Of a stretch of DNA of 64,000 nt, positions 26,650-37,300 are shown piece after piece. The stretch lies in contig NC_087436.1 of the NCBI RefSeq assembly GCF_036321535.1, forward strand, positions 35,156,001-35,220,000. Reading direction: 5' to 3'. A program made the position numbers and the translations under genes. Source of the stretch: Camelus dromedarius. Lineage: Eukaryota. Under the pieces are notes generated by a model. The model had not been told where the DNA came from and ran no database searches. It saw only the letters and a list, made by a program, of their open reading frames with translations. How positions within the stretch are numbered: the first letter of the stretch is position 1; each line of letters opens with the position of its first letter.

Positions 26650-27060
26650 ATTAGTATGTAAGTCAAAACTTGTAACAGAAACAACCTTTTAAATAATTTA
26701 ACCTGAAAAGAAATTAAAGTGCACTGGATAGCTCACACAGCTTCCAGGAAGACAAGATACCTAGGTTTGTAGGCTCTGTCTGCAGTCAGGATTGACATCA
26801 CAATACAGAACTGTTCAGTGAAGCCACCTCTGCTGCCATCAGTGAGCAGACCCTGGTACTGCCAATAGAACTTTGGCTGCTGTTGGCCTGGAAGCTAAGG
26901 AGCCCCTCTTCCCACAGCAAAGTCAATTGTATATGGTATCTACTTCTTTCAATCATTAGATCCTAAATCAAAGTCTAGGGTGAGAATATCTGATTGACAG
27001 GTCCTAATTCACATGCACAAATCCTAGTTACATAGAAGGCTGGAAAAGCCTGTGTACTTC
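26650..27060. mobile_element. Old MaLR (MLT1K/L-like) LTR
   Basis: tgtaacagaaacaacc...tctgattgacaggtcctaattcacatgc...agaaggctggaaaagc. Confidence 0.45.
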
Positions 27061-27539
27061 ATTTATATCTTTAAATTGGGAGACACACATTGCCAAAATT
27101 CAGAGGTAGAGAGAAGACAATAATCATTTGACAAAAAATTAGTGGCTTTGCTCCAAAAACCCAGAGCCTCTGCTGCTATTCTTCTATCAGGGTTTGCTGC
27201 AAACTCCATGGGGAGCCTTTTCTGCCACAGAACTGTTAGTAACATCAATTCCTCAAGAAATAAGTAGATGAACAGCCAGAACCAGGCAGGGAAACTTCTC
27301 TTGCTCTGAGCTTGACTGAAAGGTCATAGCTTTGGCAGCATTCCAGTAAATGGGTCAGAAAAATCCACCCAAAATAGGTGTGTGTCTTCTCCAAAATCTA
27401 AAGATGTTCTCCAAACATTGTGCTTCTTTCTTAATGATACGGGAAGAAGGTGCAGCAACTCACACTCTATTGTGAAAACTCTATACCACTGGTCAGTATT
27501 ACTGGTTTTTCCCTTTTGCCTAGATTTCTAATATGGCTC

Positions 27540-27723
27540 AGTATAGTATTATTACAAATCCTGTCTTTATTTAAAATATTGATATTTTATTTATCATGGA
27601 TTATTTTGCATTAATGATGTTTTTCAATTATTGCATTAAAAAATTTCATATCTTGATTACTATTTTTTTAGTCTCTCCTTAAATTGTGTGCCCTTCAAGA
27701 GTTCCTCACTAGTGCTGGACCTG
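27540..27723 (-). mobile_element. hAT-Tip100 DNA transposon (MER96B-like)
   Basis: atcctgtctttatttaaaatattgatattttatttatcatggattattttgcattaat...tcttgattact...ccttaaattgtgtgccct matches the recalled MER96B consensus in reverse. Confidence 0.65.
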
Positions 27724-28269
27724 CTTTAGGGCCATCCTCAGGAATAGTCAACTTCCGTGTTTCTAAGAGATCCTATTATGTTAAGGGAGATAGATATAAT
27801 ATGTACTTTAGAGAATAAAAAGATCTGGATAGGGGTATTTACACATGAAATAGGATGGCTAGATGGTCTTATAGAGAAGGTAATATTTAAGGAAAGATAT
27901 GAAAAAAGGAAGAGAGACCTAGATTTGTGTTTACATAGGTTAGTTTGGACCACTGATGTGGACTTAGAGAGCTGGTGATGGAGTATTATCACCAAGTGTC
28001 TCTCAAGGTCAGAGATTCGGATTATCATCCAGTCATGCAGCTTATCAACATAAGCTTTCCCTCTACCTCAGTAACTAAGGTCTCTGCCCCATTACTTGGC
28101 CTCTGACACTCTGGGATTCTGGTCTCCCCTTTGAAATCTGGTACCCAGTTTAATACATAAACTTCCACCAGCATCTCTGGCCAACATAAAAAACCCATGC
28201 CCATCCAGGTCTTTAACTACAGTTTCCAGAATGCCTTGAGGGCCAATTACAAAGACAAACTTGGAAAGA

Positions 28270-28730
28270 GAAGGTTTATGTATCAAAAAATAACTGCCAG
28301 ATTTTGTAACTATATATATATACATATAGTTATAAAATCTGAAGGATGCATATGGGAACAGAGTCTCAGGGAACTAAACCATAGGGAAGACCGTAATTTT
28401 AAACTGAGCTGAGTTTATCAACACACACATGCATTTACCAGAGTCTGAATTCAATCCGCAAGCTTAAGCAGCTGAGAGTGGTTCTAATTTATTTGCTTGG
28501 CAGTTTTTAATAAAATTTGGACTCAATATTGATCTGCACTACAAAAAATGGAGATGTCAAAAATTCCTTGGAATAGTATAAGGAAAGTATCTAAACACAT
28601 AGGGAATTCTGCCTATTGGAATTACCACATGTAATCCGTCTACCAACCCCTAACCTTTCCTCTCAAGAATGCTCTGATGACTGTTCTCAAGACATGGAGA
28701 AATAGGTTTTTGAGAGGCATATTGCCATTT
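28270..28730 (+). mobile_element. ERVL/MaLR internal (gag-region) remnant
   Basis: gcagctgagagtggttctaatttatttgcttgg, gagatgtcaaaaattccttgg and ggagaaataggtttttgagagg are colinear with the recalled ERVL-int gag sequence. No ORF remains. Confidence 0.55.
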
Positions 28731-29639
28731 TATTTTATATTTTCATAGTATGTAAATATTTTCAACACAGACTTGAATAGAATTACCATTGCCTAAAGAG
28801 TGTCCTTTAGTCCCAAAACTATATTCAATGTATATAAAAAAACTAGACATAACTATCATATGGAAGAATTTGTCCCAGTTTACAATCTATGTGGAAAAAA
28901 AATCAGTATGGAAAAATTACTAGCTGGTTTTAAGGACTGGTAATCTCCTAGTAACTTTTTATATACCTTAATGCTTTTACTAAAAAGCAAAAAGCTCAAT
29001 GTATTTTTATTTTACAAAATATTATAAATTGAAGGGATGCCAATTACAATGAGCATGTCTATTTATCCAAGACTTTCAAAGGAATGAATAGCTGACTAAA
29101 TAACCAGCCATTAATTCTAGGAAAATAATGTCTGTTTTAAAGGGCAAAAATTTAAGCACTAAAGTAAATTCTAAATGAACATGTCCAAGCAGTAAGGAAG
29201 TCAAGTAAGAAAAAGTCAGTTTTCTGATAGACATACATTTCTTGAATCTGACTTGAATCATCTGACTTCTGCCCCATTTGCTTCAAGACTTCACTATTGG
29301 AATTCCTTGTTAACACATCAATACTCCAGCCCTCCCCACTTCAAAAGCTGAGGCTAGACTCTCATGCCACATGTGGGTCACTTGGATCTAAAGTCCTCAT
29401 CATCTCTAAGGGTTTTCCCTTTTGAATTATGGGCACATTGGGTTTATTTCGGTTTTTACCTTTTCATTTTCTCTGATGCATAACCACATCACTCCTTGTA
29501 TTTGCAGTAGTATTTTTCGATCAGTAGTTTTTTTTTCTAATTCCGCAGGCATAATTACAGCTCAGTCTGCCATGACTGCACTTTTCCCTTGACTATTAAA
29601 GAAGCATTCTACATAGTATGTTGTCCTCACTCTTTTCCT

Positions 29640-29795
29640 GTCTATGCAGGATTTCCTCCAGAGGTATTTCCTATTATCACATCTTTGCAATTTATCCTGC
29701 AGTTAATAGTTGTACCTCATTGCTAGGCAATTAAATTAAACTCCTCGGCTGGATCTTCAAGGGCATTCAAGAACGTGTTCTCCTCCTTCCTTAAC
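29640..29795 (+). mobile_element. L2 LINE fragment (left of the TACC3 insertion)
   Basis: cattgctaggcaattaaattaaactcctcggctggatcttcaagggcattc resembles the L2 3' region and continues after the retrocopy. Confidence 0.5.
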
Positions 29796-29810
29796 AGAAG
29801 AGAAAATGTG

Positions 29811-31150
29811 GCAGAGAAGGGCCCCTCGCACACCTGCCTGGCACGGCCGCTGGCCCCCAGGTCACTTCCGGTCCTGACAACACGGCCCTGCCCGCCCTCT
29901 GAAGCCTGGAGGGTCTGTGTCCCCACGTCCTCTGTAGGAAGAGGCCAATGGCCAACTGGACGACGCTTTGAGGAGTGAGCCCATAGGCCAGAATGCGACT
30001 TGTGTGACGAGGCCGCCGCCACCACCGAGGCGGCTGGGGAAGAGACCTGGCCTCGAATCTCCCTGCTAGCCCGAGCCTGAGGCAAAGCCGGGAAAGGCCC
30101 CAAGGAGGCGGGTGAGAGTCCCGGCCCCCTCCCCGGGGTCCGACAACCTGGACTGGGACCAGCTGGACGACCCTAAGTAACCCGTTCGGAGGTGGAGGAG
30201 CGGCCGGGCCCCCGGAGCAGGCCAGCCGGGTGGTGGCCGAGCAGCGAGGCACCAGGCCTGCGGCCCCAGAGGACTCACCTGTGAGGCAGCGGGCGCTTCC
30301 GGCCTCAGCGGACGTCACTCGCGGGTCCCGGGCAAGCGGGAACCGAACGCAGCGGGCGCCGCCCCCTCGGCCGGGCCAGAGGTGAGCGGACCTGAGTGGG
30401 GCGCACCTCCGAGCCTGGCTGAGGTCCTCGGCTCCGGCAGACGAGGACTCTCTGGAGGAGCAGTTTGGGACTTCCTCCGTCAAGAAGTCGGCGCTGTTCG
30501 AGGGTCCTTGTCCACTTGCCCTGTGCCCGGGGCGGGGATTTGCGGACGCGCCGCACAGCCGGGGACCGGAGCGCGGACGTGGGGGACCCGAGCGCGGACG
30601 TGGACGCCCCGCAGGAGGCGCTGTTGCTGAAGAGCCAGCGTGGTGCGCTCCGCCTGAAGGACCTGCATGCGCGGAAGATCCCGGCCCTCGGCCGGGCTCC
30701 AGGGGTTCACGCACCAGGCGATGGAGGAGACTCAGAGACCGCATTTGCCAAAGCTGAGATCCAGAAGGGTCTGAAAGAGAAAGGCCACCCTCCTGCAGAC
30801 CTGAACTCCATGGCAAAATCTTTCTCTGACCTCTTCACTAGGTTAGAGAAACAAGTAGGAGATGATGAAGGCGCGCGTAGGAACGAGAATCACTGAAGAC
30901 GTGAGTTGAGGATGACACAGACGAATTAAAAAGATACCAAGCGCCAGAGGCCCAAGAAGGGACACTCAAGCTGGCAAATGAGGAGGTGGCCCGAGTCGCG
31001 ATCAACGGAAGGCCCGAGTGGAGGCCTTGGTCTTCCAGGCCAGGCTGGGGAAGGAGCAGATGCTCATCCCGCTGGAGAAGCATAAGACTAAGGAAACTGA
31101 GGAACTGACCGGAATCTGTGCCAGCCTCACTTCCAAGATGGAGAAGCTCT
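29811..31150. promoter_or_regulatory. CpG island derived from the TACC3 retrocopy
   Basis: About 75 CpGs by hand count in 30001-30720, in visibly very GC-rich sequence within a CpG-depleted window. GC box ggggcgggg at 30529-30537 and ETS-type cacttccggt at 29863-29872. Confidence 0.75.
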
Positions 31151-31326
31151 GACATGTAAGTCCCTGACCAATGCCCGACTGACCTCCTGTCTGTCTGTCT
31201 GTCTGAGTCTTTTTGACCCTGTCAGAAAGTCTCATGTTCTTTCTTCTGTGTTAACCTCAATTTGTTTTTAAACTAAATGGCTTTAAGAAGAAGACTAAAC
31301 AAAGTTTTCCGTAAGTTAAAAAAGAA
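29811..31326 (+). pseudogene. TACC3: 5'-truncated processed pseudogene of TACC3 (transforming acidic coiled-coil protein 3)
   Basis: Intronless blocks translate to TACC3-like motifs: DNLDWDQLDDP..PFGG (~30141-30193), AEVLGSG (~30418-30438), EQFGTSSVKKSAL (30458-30496), AKAEIQKGLKEK..DLNSMAKSFSDLFTRLEKQ (TACC domain) and ELTGICASLTSKMEKL* (stop 31150-31152). These are followed by a 3' UTR, a degenerate poly(A) signal AACAAA at 31298-31303 and a short A tail. The TSD agaaaatgtg lies at 29801-29810 and 31327-31336. Many frameshifts and stops are present. Confidence 0.95.
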
Positions 31327-31336
31327 AGAAAATGTG

Positions 31337-31645
31337 CCTGACATCTCTCACGGTTCGTCAGAGTTTTTGACTATTCACGTTCCTTTTCTTGCCTCTACCC
31401 GACAGTTTTTCCTTGACTTGAATCTGCTTGTATTGCTTTCCTCTCTCTGACTCCATGTCTCTGTTCTGTGTCCTCATATGTGCAGTATGCATTGCGTCCC
31501 ATGATACGCCCACCATATGAAGCATACCTAGGTCTTTTTCGTATGTGTGCTCGTTGTGTCTTCCACATGAGATTGTCGCTTCCTAAGAATAGATGTCTCC
31601 TATTTATTTTTTAATACTCTCAAAATGTTTAACATAGAGGAATCA
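31337..31645 (+). mobile_element. L2 LINE 3' fragment (right of the TACC3 insertion)
   Basis: L2-like 3' end: ...tgtgtcttccacatgagattgtcgcttcctaagaatagatgtctcctatttatttt... Confidence 0.5.
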
Positions 31646-31669
31646 AGCTACTGTATGCTACCCTGGAAG

Positions 31670-31795
31670 TCATTAATCCTAGAATTTAACAGTGTCCATG
31701 GACCCCAGAGAGTTAATGGATGGGCTTCAGAAAATCCATTCCCCCCAACCCCAGGTTGTATTATACAACAGAAAATGTTAGGTATCACTGATCTG
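31670..31795. mobile_element. hAT-Charlie MITE fragment (MER103C-like)
   Basis: gtccatggaccccagagagttaatggatgggcttcag...aaaatgttaggtatcactgatct. Confidence 0.4.
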
Positions 31796-33960
31796 TTCTA
31801 GCACTAATAACTACAGATGAAGAAACTGAAATCCAAGGTAAGAAACCTAACTTACTTGAAGGGAATATACTTTTTGAATCCTTGTTTCTTTCGACTTCTG
31901 AACTCAATTTTACATACTACTGGGGATATAAATTTCGATGAAACATCTTCAAAATTCACTGCCCTACCTGTAGGCAGAATTTGTCATAAAGATCCCAGCA
32001 TATGCAACCCCTCATCTCCTGAAAAAGGAATTTCATAATTTCCTTCAGTTTACTTTCACACAAACATAAAATCAGACTCTTTGAGCAACCACCACATTAT
32101 ATTACTTTCTTATATCCTGAAAACACACACACATACACACACACACCCTAAGGCCTTCCAATTAGGAGGAGATCAAGTAAAAGTGTAATTTACCTTAGTT
32201 ATACTCTCAACAAAATAGTATTTCATCTCTAGTTTTATTTGAATATGAAAACTAAACAAAAACAATATCAAATTAGTTTTTATGTTTTTGTTACATAAAA
32301 TCTCAGGTTGATAAACCCACAGTAATCCACAAACCCTTCAGCCAAAGAATCAACTATTTATGCTATTAGCATGACATGTTTATTCTGTCTTTGTGGGGTT
32401 GGAATTGAAAATGGAAATCCCTGCCCTGGCTCGTGCTTGTGGTGTAACAGCAACAGTAGGAAAATTTCTGGGCAAGCTACAGTATCCATAAGCCATCTCA
32501 GGGCTACAGAGGACCTCTCATGGGGTGGGTGGGAACAGAACATGATTTTTCTTTCTCTTAAGTGCAGATATCTCCCCTAGTGTCCAGAAATTCCCATCCC
32601 CTTCTGACATAATCCTTCAGAAAGTTTGCTCTTACTCTGCAGCAAAGGATAGGATTTTGAGTGATTTGCACATCCTAAGTTCAATTGAAGCCATTTCAGA
32701 CCATTCTTATTTCCATTTTCAAATATCTGTGACACAGGGAAACAAAAGAAACAATGAACATGATAAATAGAGGAGTCTAACTCAATCTCCCAACAGTATG
32801 ATTCCCTCAAAGTAATGGTGTAGGTCTGTTTATGTGCAGAATCAAAGGATTTGAGTATAAAAGTAGCAAGCCATTTTGCTTTTTTTCAGCCTAAGTTATT
32901 TTTTATATTATTGGGGGGAAATGAACTGATCAAACAAGTGATGATCCTCAATGCACAGGGCTATACTGAAAGAATAAACAATTTAGCAACTGGAGAAATA
33001 AGAGCCTAGGAAGATGAATCAAACAAATCCTAGCTACTGCTAGGAAACCATCCAGATGACTGTTTAAGAATTACAGAGTTCAAAAGGGGGAATTCAAGCT
33101 TGACCTGTAACAACTTTGGAAGAGAGTATAGAGCAGGTTAACAGAATCATTCTAAGAGAGGGTTGCTTGAATATGGGTATGGGACCAAAAAGTTGAAAAA
33201 GAGAGTTGGCTGAAAATAAAATCATGTTCCCCTTCAGCAGGTGTGTGAGTAAAAATAAAGCACACCATTCCTTTCCAAAGGAAGACTCTTCTTTGAAAGC
33301 TCTGTTTCTCTGCCTTCCTGAGGTCCTGACTTCACAAAGATATTGTTCAAGGTTTTCATTGTTGCATTTTGGAAGATTGTCTTTCCACCACCATGATCTA
33401 GTGCTGCCCAAGTGCTGAAGAGTGGGTAGTCAAATGTTTCTGGTATTTTTTCAGGATTCCTTCCTTGTACTGGGTGCAAAAATAGCCATTTTCCTTTTTT
33501 CAATGACACTATAATAGAGTGAGGTGGTTGACTGGACATTATGGCATAAGAATTATACTTCTTTTTGCCAACTGCTTTCTCATTATTTTAAAGTATCTTT
33601 TGAATAGGGCTGGTCTGAAAAGGAAGACGGAGAAATCTCATATGAAGAGGCCTGTCTGTGTTTAGGTTATACTTTCTAGTTCTTGTTGTGCATGGGGTAA
33701 GGAGTGTTTTTCTAAAAGAAAGTTAAAAGAGATTAATGTTTCTTCCACAGGCATCAGTCCCCTACCAAATTGCATACAAAATTAGTAGCAAAAGGGGATG
33801 TTGGAGTTGGGGAGAGAAAGACAATATTTTTCAGGAAAAGGGCCCCATTTTAGAGAGAAAGGGAACAAGAAGCAATGTTTTCTTTTAGATTTGAAGATAA
33901 AGGTTATTCTTTAACATGAACGGTGACTTATTGAAATTTCTCAGAATACCTTTAGCACTC

Positions 33961-35020
33961 CTTTTTTATTGAGATGTAATTGACATAAAGATTATATTAA
34001 TTTCAGCTGTACAACATAATATTTTTAAATTTTTTTGTTTTTATGCAATTTTTAAATGTTACCTTCCATTTACAGTTACTACAAAATATTGACTGTATTC
34101 CCTGAGCTGCCTATCTTATACCCAATAGTTTGTACCTCCCACTCCCCCATCCCATTATTGTCCTCCCCAGTGGTAACAACTAGTTTGTTCTCTATATTTG
34201 TGTCTGATTCTTTTATGTTATATTCACTAGTTTGTTGTATTTTTAAGATTCCATGTATAAACGATATAATACAGTATTTATCTTTCTCTGTTTGACTTAT
34301 TTCACTAAGCATTATACCTCCAAGTCCATCCATGTTGCTCCAAATGGCAAAAGTTCATTCTTTTTTATGGGTGAGTAGTATTCCATTGTATATAAATATA
34401 TAAATAAATATATGCCACATATTCTTTATCCATTCATCTGTTGATAGACACTTAGTTTGTTTCCATGTCTTGACAATTGTAAATAATGCTACTGTGAACA
34501 TTGAGGTGCATGTATCTTTTTGAATCAATATTTCTGGCTTTTTTGGATACATATACCCAGGAGTGGAATTGCTGTGTCATATGGTAGTGATGTTTTTAGT
34601 TTTTTGAGGAACCTCCATACTGTTTTCCACAGTGGCTGCACCAGTTTACATTCCTACCAAAAGTGTACAAGTGTTCCCTTTTCTCCACATCCTCACCAAC
34701 ATTTGCTGTTTATGGACTTTTTGATGATAGCCATTCTGGCAGGTATGAGGTGGTATTTAATTGAGGTTTTTATTTGCATTTCTGTGATGATTAGTGATGT
34801 TGAGCATCTTTTCGTGTACATGTGGGCCATCTGTATGTCTTTTTTGGAAAAATGTCTATTCAGATTCTCTGCCCACTTTTTAATCTTTTTTTTTTTCTGC
34901 TATTGAGTTGTATGAGTTCTCTATATATTTTGGATTTTAACCACATATGGGATGTATGATTTGCAAATATTTTCTCCCACTCAATAGGTTGCCTTTTCAT
35001 TTTATTGATGGTTTCATTTT
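33961..35020 (-). mobile_element. L1 3' UTR and ORF2 C-terminal fragment
   Basis: Minus-strand ORFs 34355-34552 ([33 protein letters not shown]) and 34079-34333 are L1-derived. The element starts with a poly-T. Confidence 0.95.
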
Positions 35021-35744
35021 GTAGTCTTTATTTTTCCACATGCGTCACTTCTCTTACTGTTAAACCCTAAGATTTTTTTCATTGACTTTTGGTAGAATAG
35101 GTAGCATGCAGTGTGCCAATAAAACTTTAAAATTTATGACCACACTATCTGGTGAAATTGGCTTCCCTAAGCCATGTATATATTTGGCAGGAAGAAAATG
35201 ATTTAACAAGTTTTTGTACACAGTGAAACTTTTTATATTCCAGTAAAGCTTGGGTGCTAACTGAAGAATGAATTTAAATATATTCTATCTAATGTTTTAT
35301 TTTGCTTTTTACATATTGAAGGAGATTTGAAATATCCCCATGTAATAAAACATACATTTTCAAATGGTTTACTTTTATGTCTTGACATTTACACTTCTCA
35401 ATGTGTTTTGGTTTGTTTCTTTTAAAAATGAATGACTGTAATAGAAAAAAGATAAAATTTATTATCTTTAAACTGAGTAAATTAAAAGAAAATTTTAATC
35501 TTCAATATGAAACAATAGCCTAAAAGTGAAAATGAGAAAAATGTTAAAAAAAGAACAATTTAGTATGATTCTTAGATACTTTATTGGCTTACTAAAAACA
35601 TTAACAATCATGTAATTATAATTATAGGAAAGAGTTGTTAAAAAATAATTAACAGGATAGATACAAAAATGTGAACTAATAAATTATTCAGGAGATTCTG
35701 AGTAATCTTGCAACTAAGTAAGAGTAATAAGTGTCCTTTTATAT

Positions 35745-37300
35745 CTTTTTTTTTAATTGAAGTATGGTCAGTTATAATGTATCAATTTCTGGTGTACAGC
35801 AGAATGCCCCAATCATGCATATACATACAAATTTTTTTTCATATTCTTTTTCATTAAAGGTTATTACAAATTATCGAACATAGTTCCCTATACTATACAG
35901 AAGAAAAGTTTTTTATCTATTTTTATATATAGTGACTAACATTTGCAAATCTCAAGCTCCCAAATTTATCCCTTCCCTCTCCCTTTCCCCTGTTAACCAT
36001 AAGTTTGTTTACTATGTCTGCGAGTCTGTTTCTATTTTGTAGGTGAGTTCATTAGTGTCCTCTTTTTCCTTTTTTAGATTCCACATATGAGTGATATTAT
36101 ATGGTATTTTTCTTTCTCTTTCTGGCTTACTTCACTAAGAATGATGATCTCTAGGTCCATCCATGTTGCTGCAAATGGTATTATTTTATTCTTTTTTATG
36201 GCTGAGTAGTATTCCATTGTATAAATATATCACAACTTCTTTATCTAGTCATCTGTTGATGAACATTTAGGTTGCTTCCATGTCTTGGCTATTGTATATA
36301 GTGCTGCTATGAACACTTGGGAGCATGTATCTTTTTGAATTAGAGTTTCCTCCAGATATATGCCCAGGAGTGGAATTGCTGGATCATAGGGTAAGTCCAT
36401 TTTTAGAGTTTTGAGGAATCTCCATACTGTTTTCCATAACTGCTGCACCAAACTGCATTCCCACCAGCAGTGTAGGAGGGTTCCCTTTTCTCCACACCCT
36501 CTCCAGCATTTATCATTCGTGGACTTTTGAATGATGGCCATTCTGACTGGTGATACCTTGTTGTGGTTTTGATTTGCATTTCTTTGACAATTAGTAATAC
36601 TGAGCATTTTTTCTTTTGCCTAATGGCTGTTTGTATGTCTTTGTTGAAGAATTGCTTGCTTAGGTTCTGCCCATTTTTGGATTGGGTTGTTTGTTTGTTT
36701 GTTTTCTTATTAAGTTGTATGAGCTGTTTATATATTCTGGAAATTAAGCCTTTGTCAGTAGCATCATTTGCAAATATTTTCTCCCATTCTGTAGGTTGTC
36801 ATTTTGTTTTACTTATGGTTTCCTTTGCTGTGCATAAGCTTATAAGTTTATTAGGTCTCATTTGTTTATTTTTGCTTTTATTTCTATTGCCTGGTAGACT
36901 GCTGTAAGAGAACATTGCTAAGATTTATGTCAGATAGTGTTTTGCCTTTGTTTTCTTCTAGGAGATTTATTGTGTCCTGTCTTATATTTCAGTCTTTAAG
37001 CCATTTTGAGTTTATTTCTGTGGATGGCATGAGGGAATGTTCTAACTTCATTGGTTTACATGCAGCTGTCCAGTTTTCCCCGCACTGCTTGCTAAAGAGA
37101 CTATCTTTTCTTGATTGTATATGCTTGCCTCCTTTGTCAAAGATTAATTGACCATAGTTCTGTGGATTTATTTCTGGGCTCTCTATTCTGTTCCATTGAT
37201 CCATATGTCTGTTTTTATGCCCATACCATGCTGTTTTGATTACTGTAGCTCTGTAGTATTTCCTAAAGTCTGGGAGAGTTATTCCTCAAGCTTTGTTCTT
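35745..37300 (-). mobile_element. Relatively young 5'-truncated L1 (camelid-type 3' UTR)
   Basis: ORF2 remnants 36245-36607 ([19 protein letters not shown]...[13 protein letters not shown]) and 36989-37204 ([24 protein letters not shown]). Full 3' UTR and poly-T at about 35746-35755. Confidence 0.95.

Noticed and set aside
30465..30896. 143-aa sense ORF ending in TACC-domain-like sequence, considered as a functional retrogene
   Set aside because: It has a non-ATG start and an N-terminal part out of the TACC3 frame. Helix-breaking substitutions (GHPPAD) and a premature stop occur before most of the coiled coil.
34056..37204. Cluster of 65-128 aa ORFs on both strands
   Set aside because: All lie within L1 elements, as ORF2 remnants or their antisense frames.
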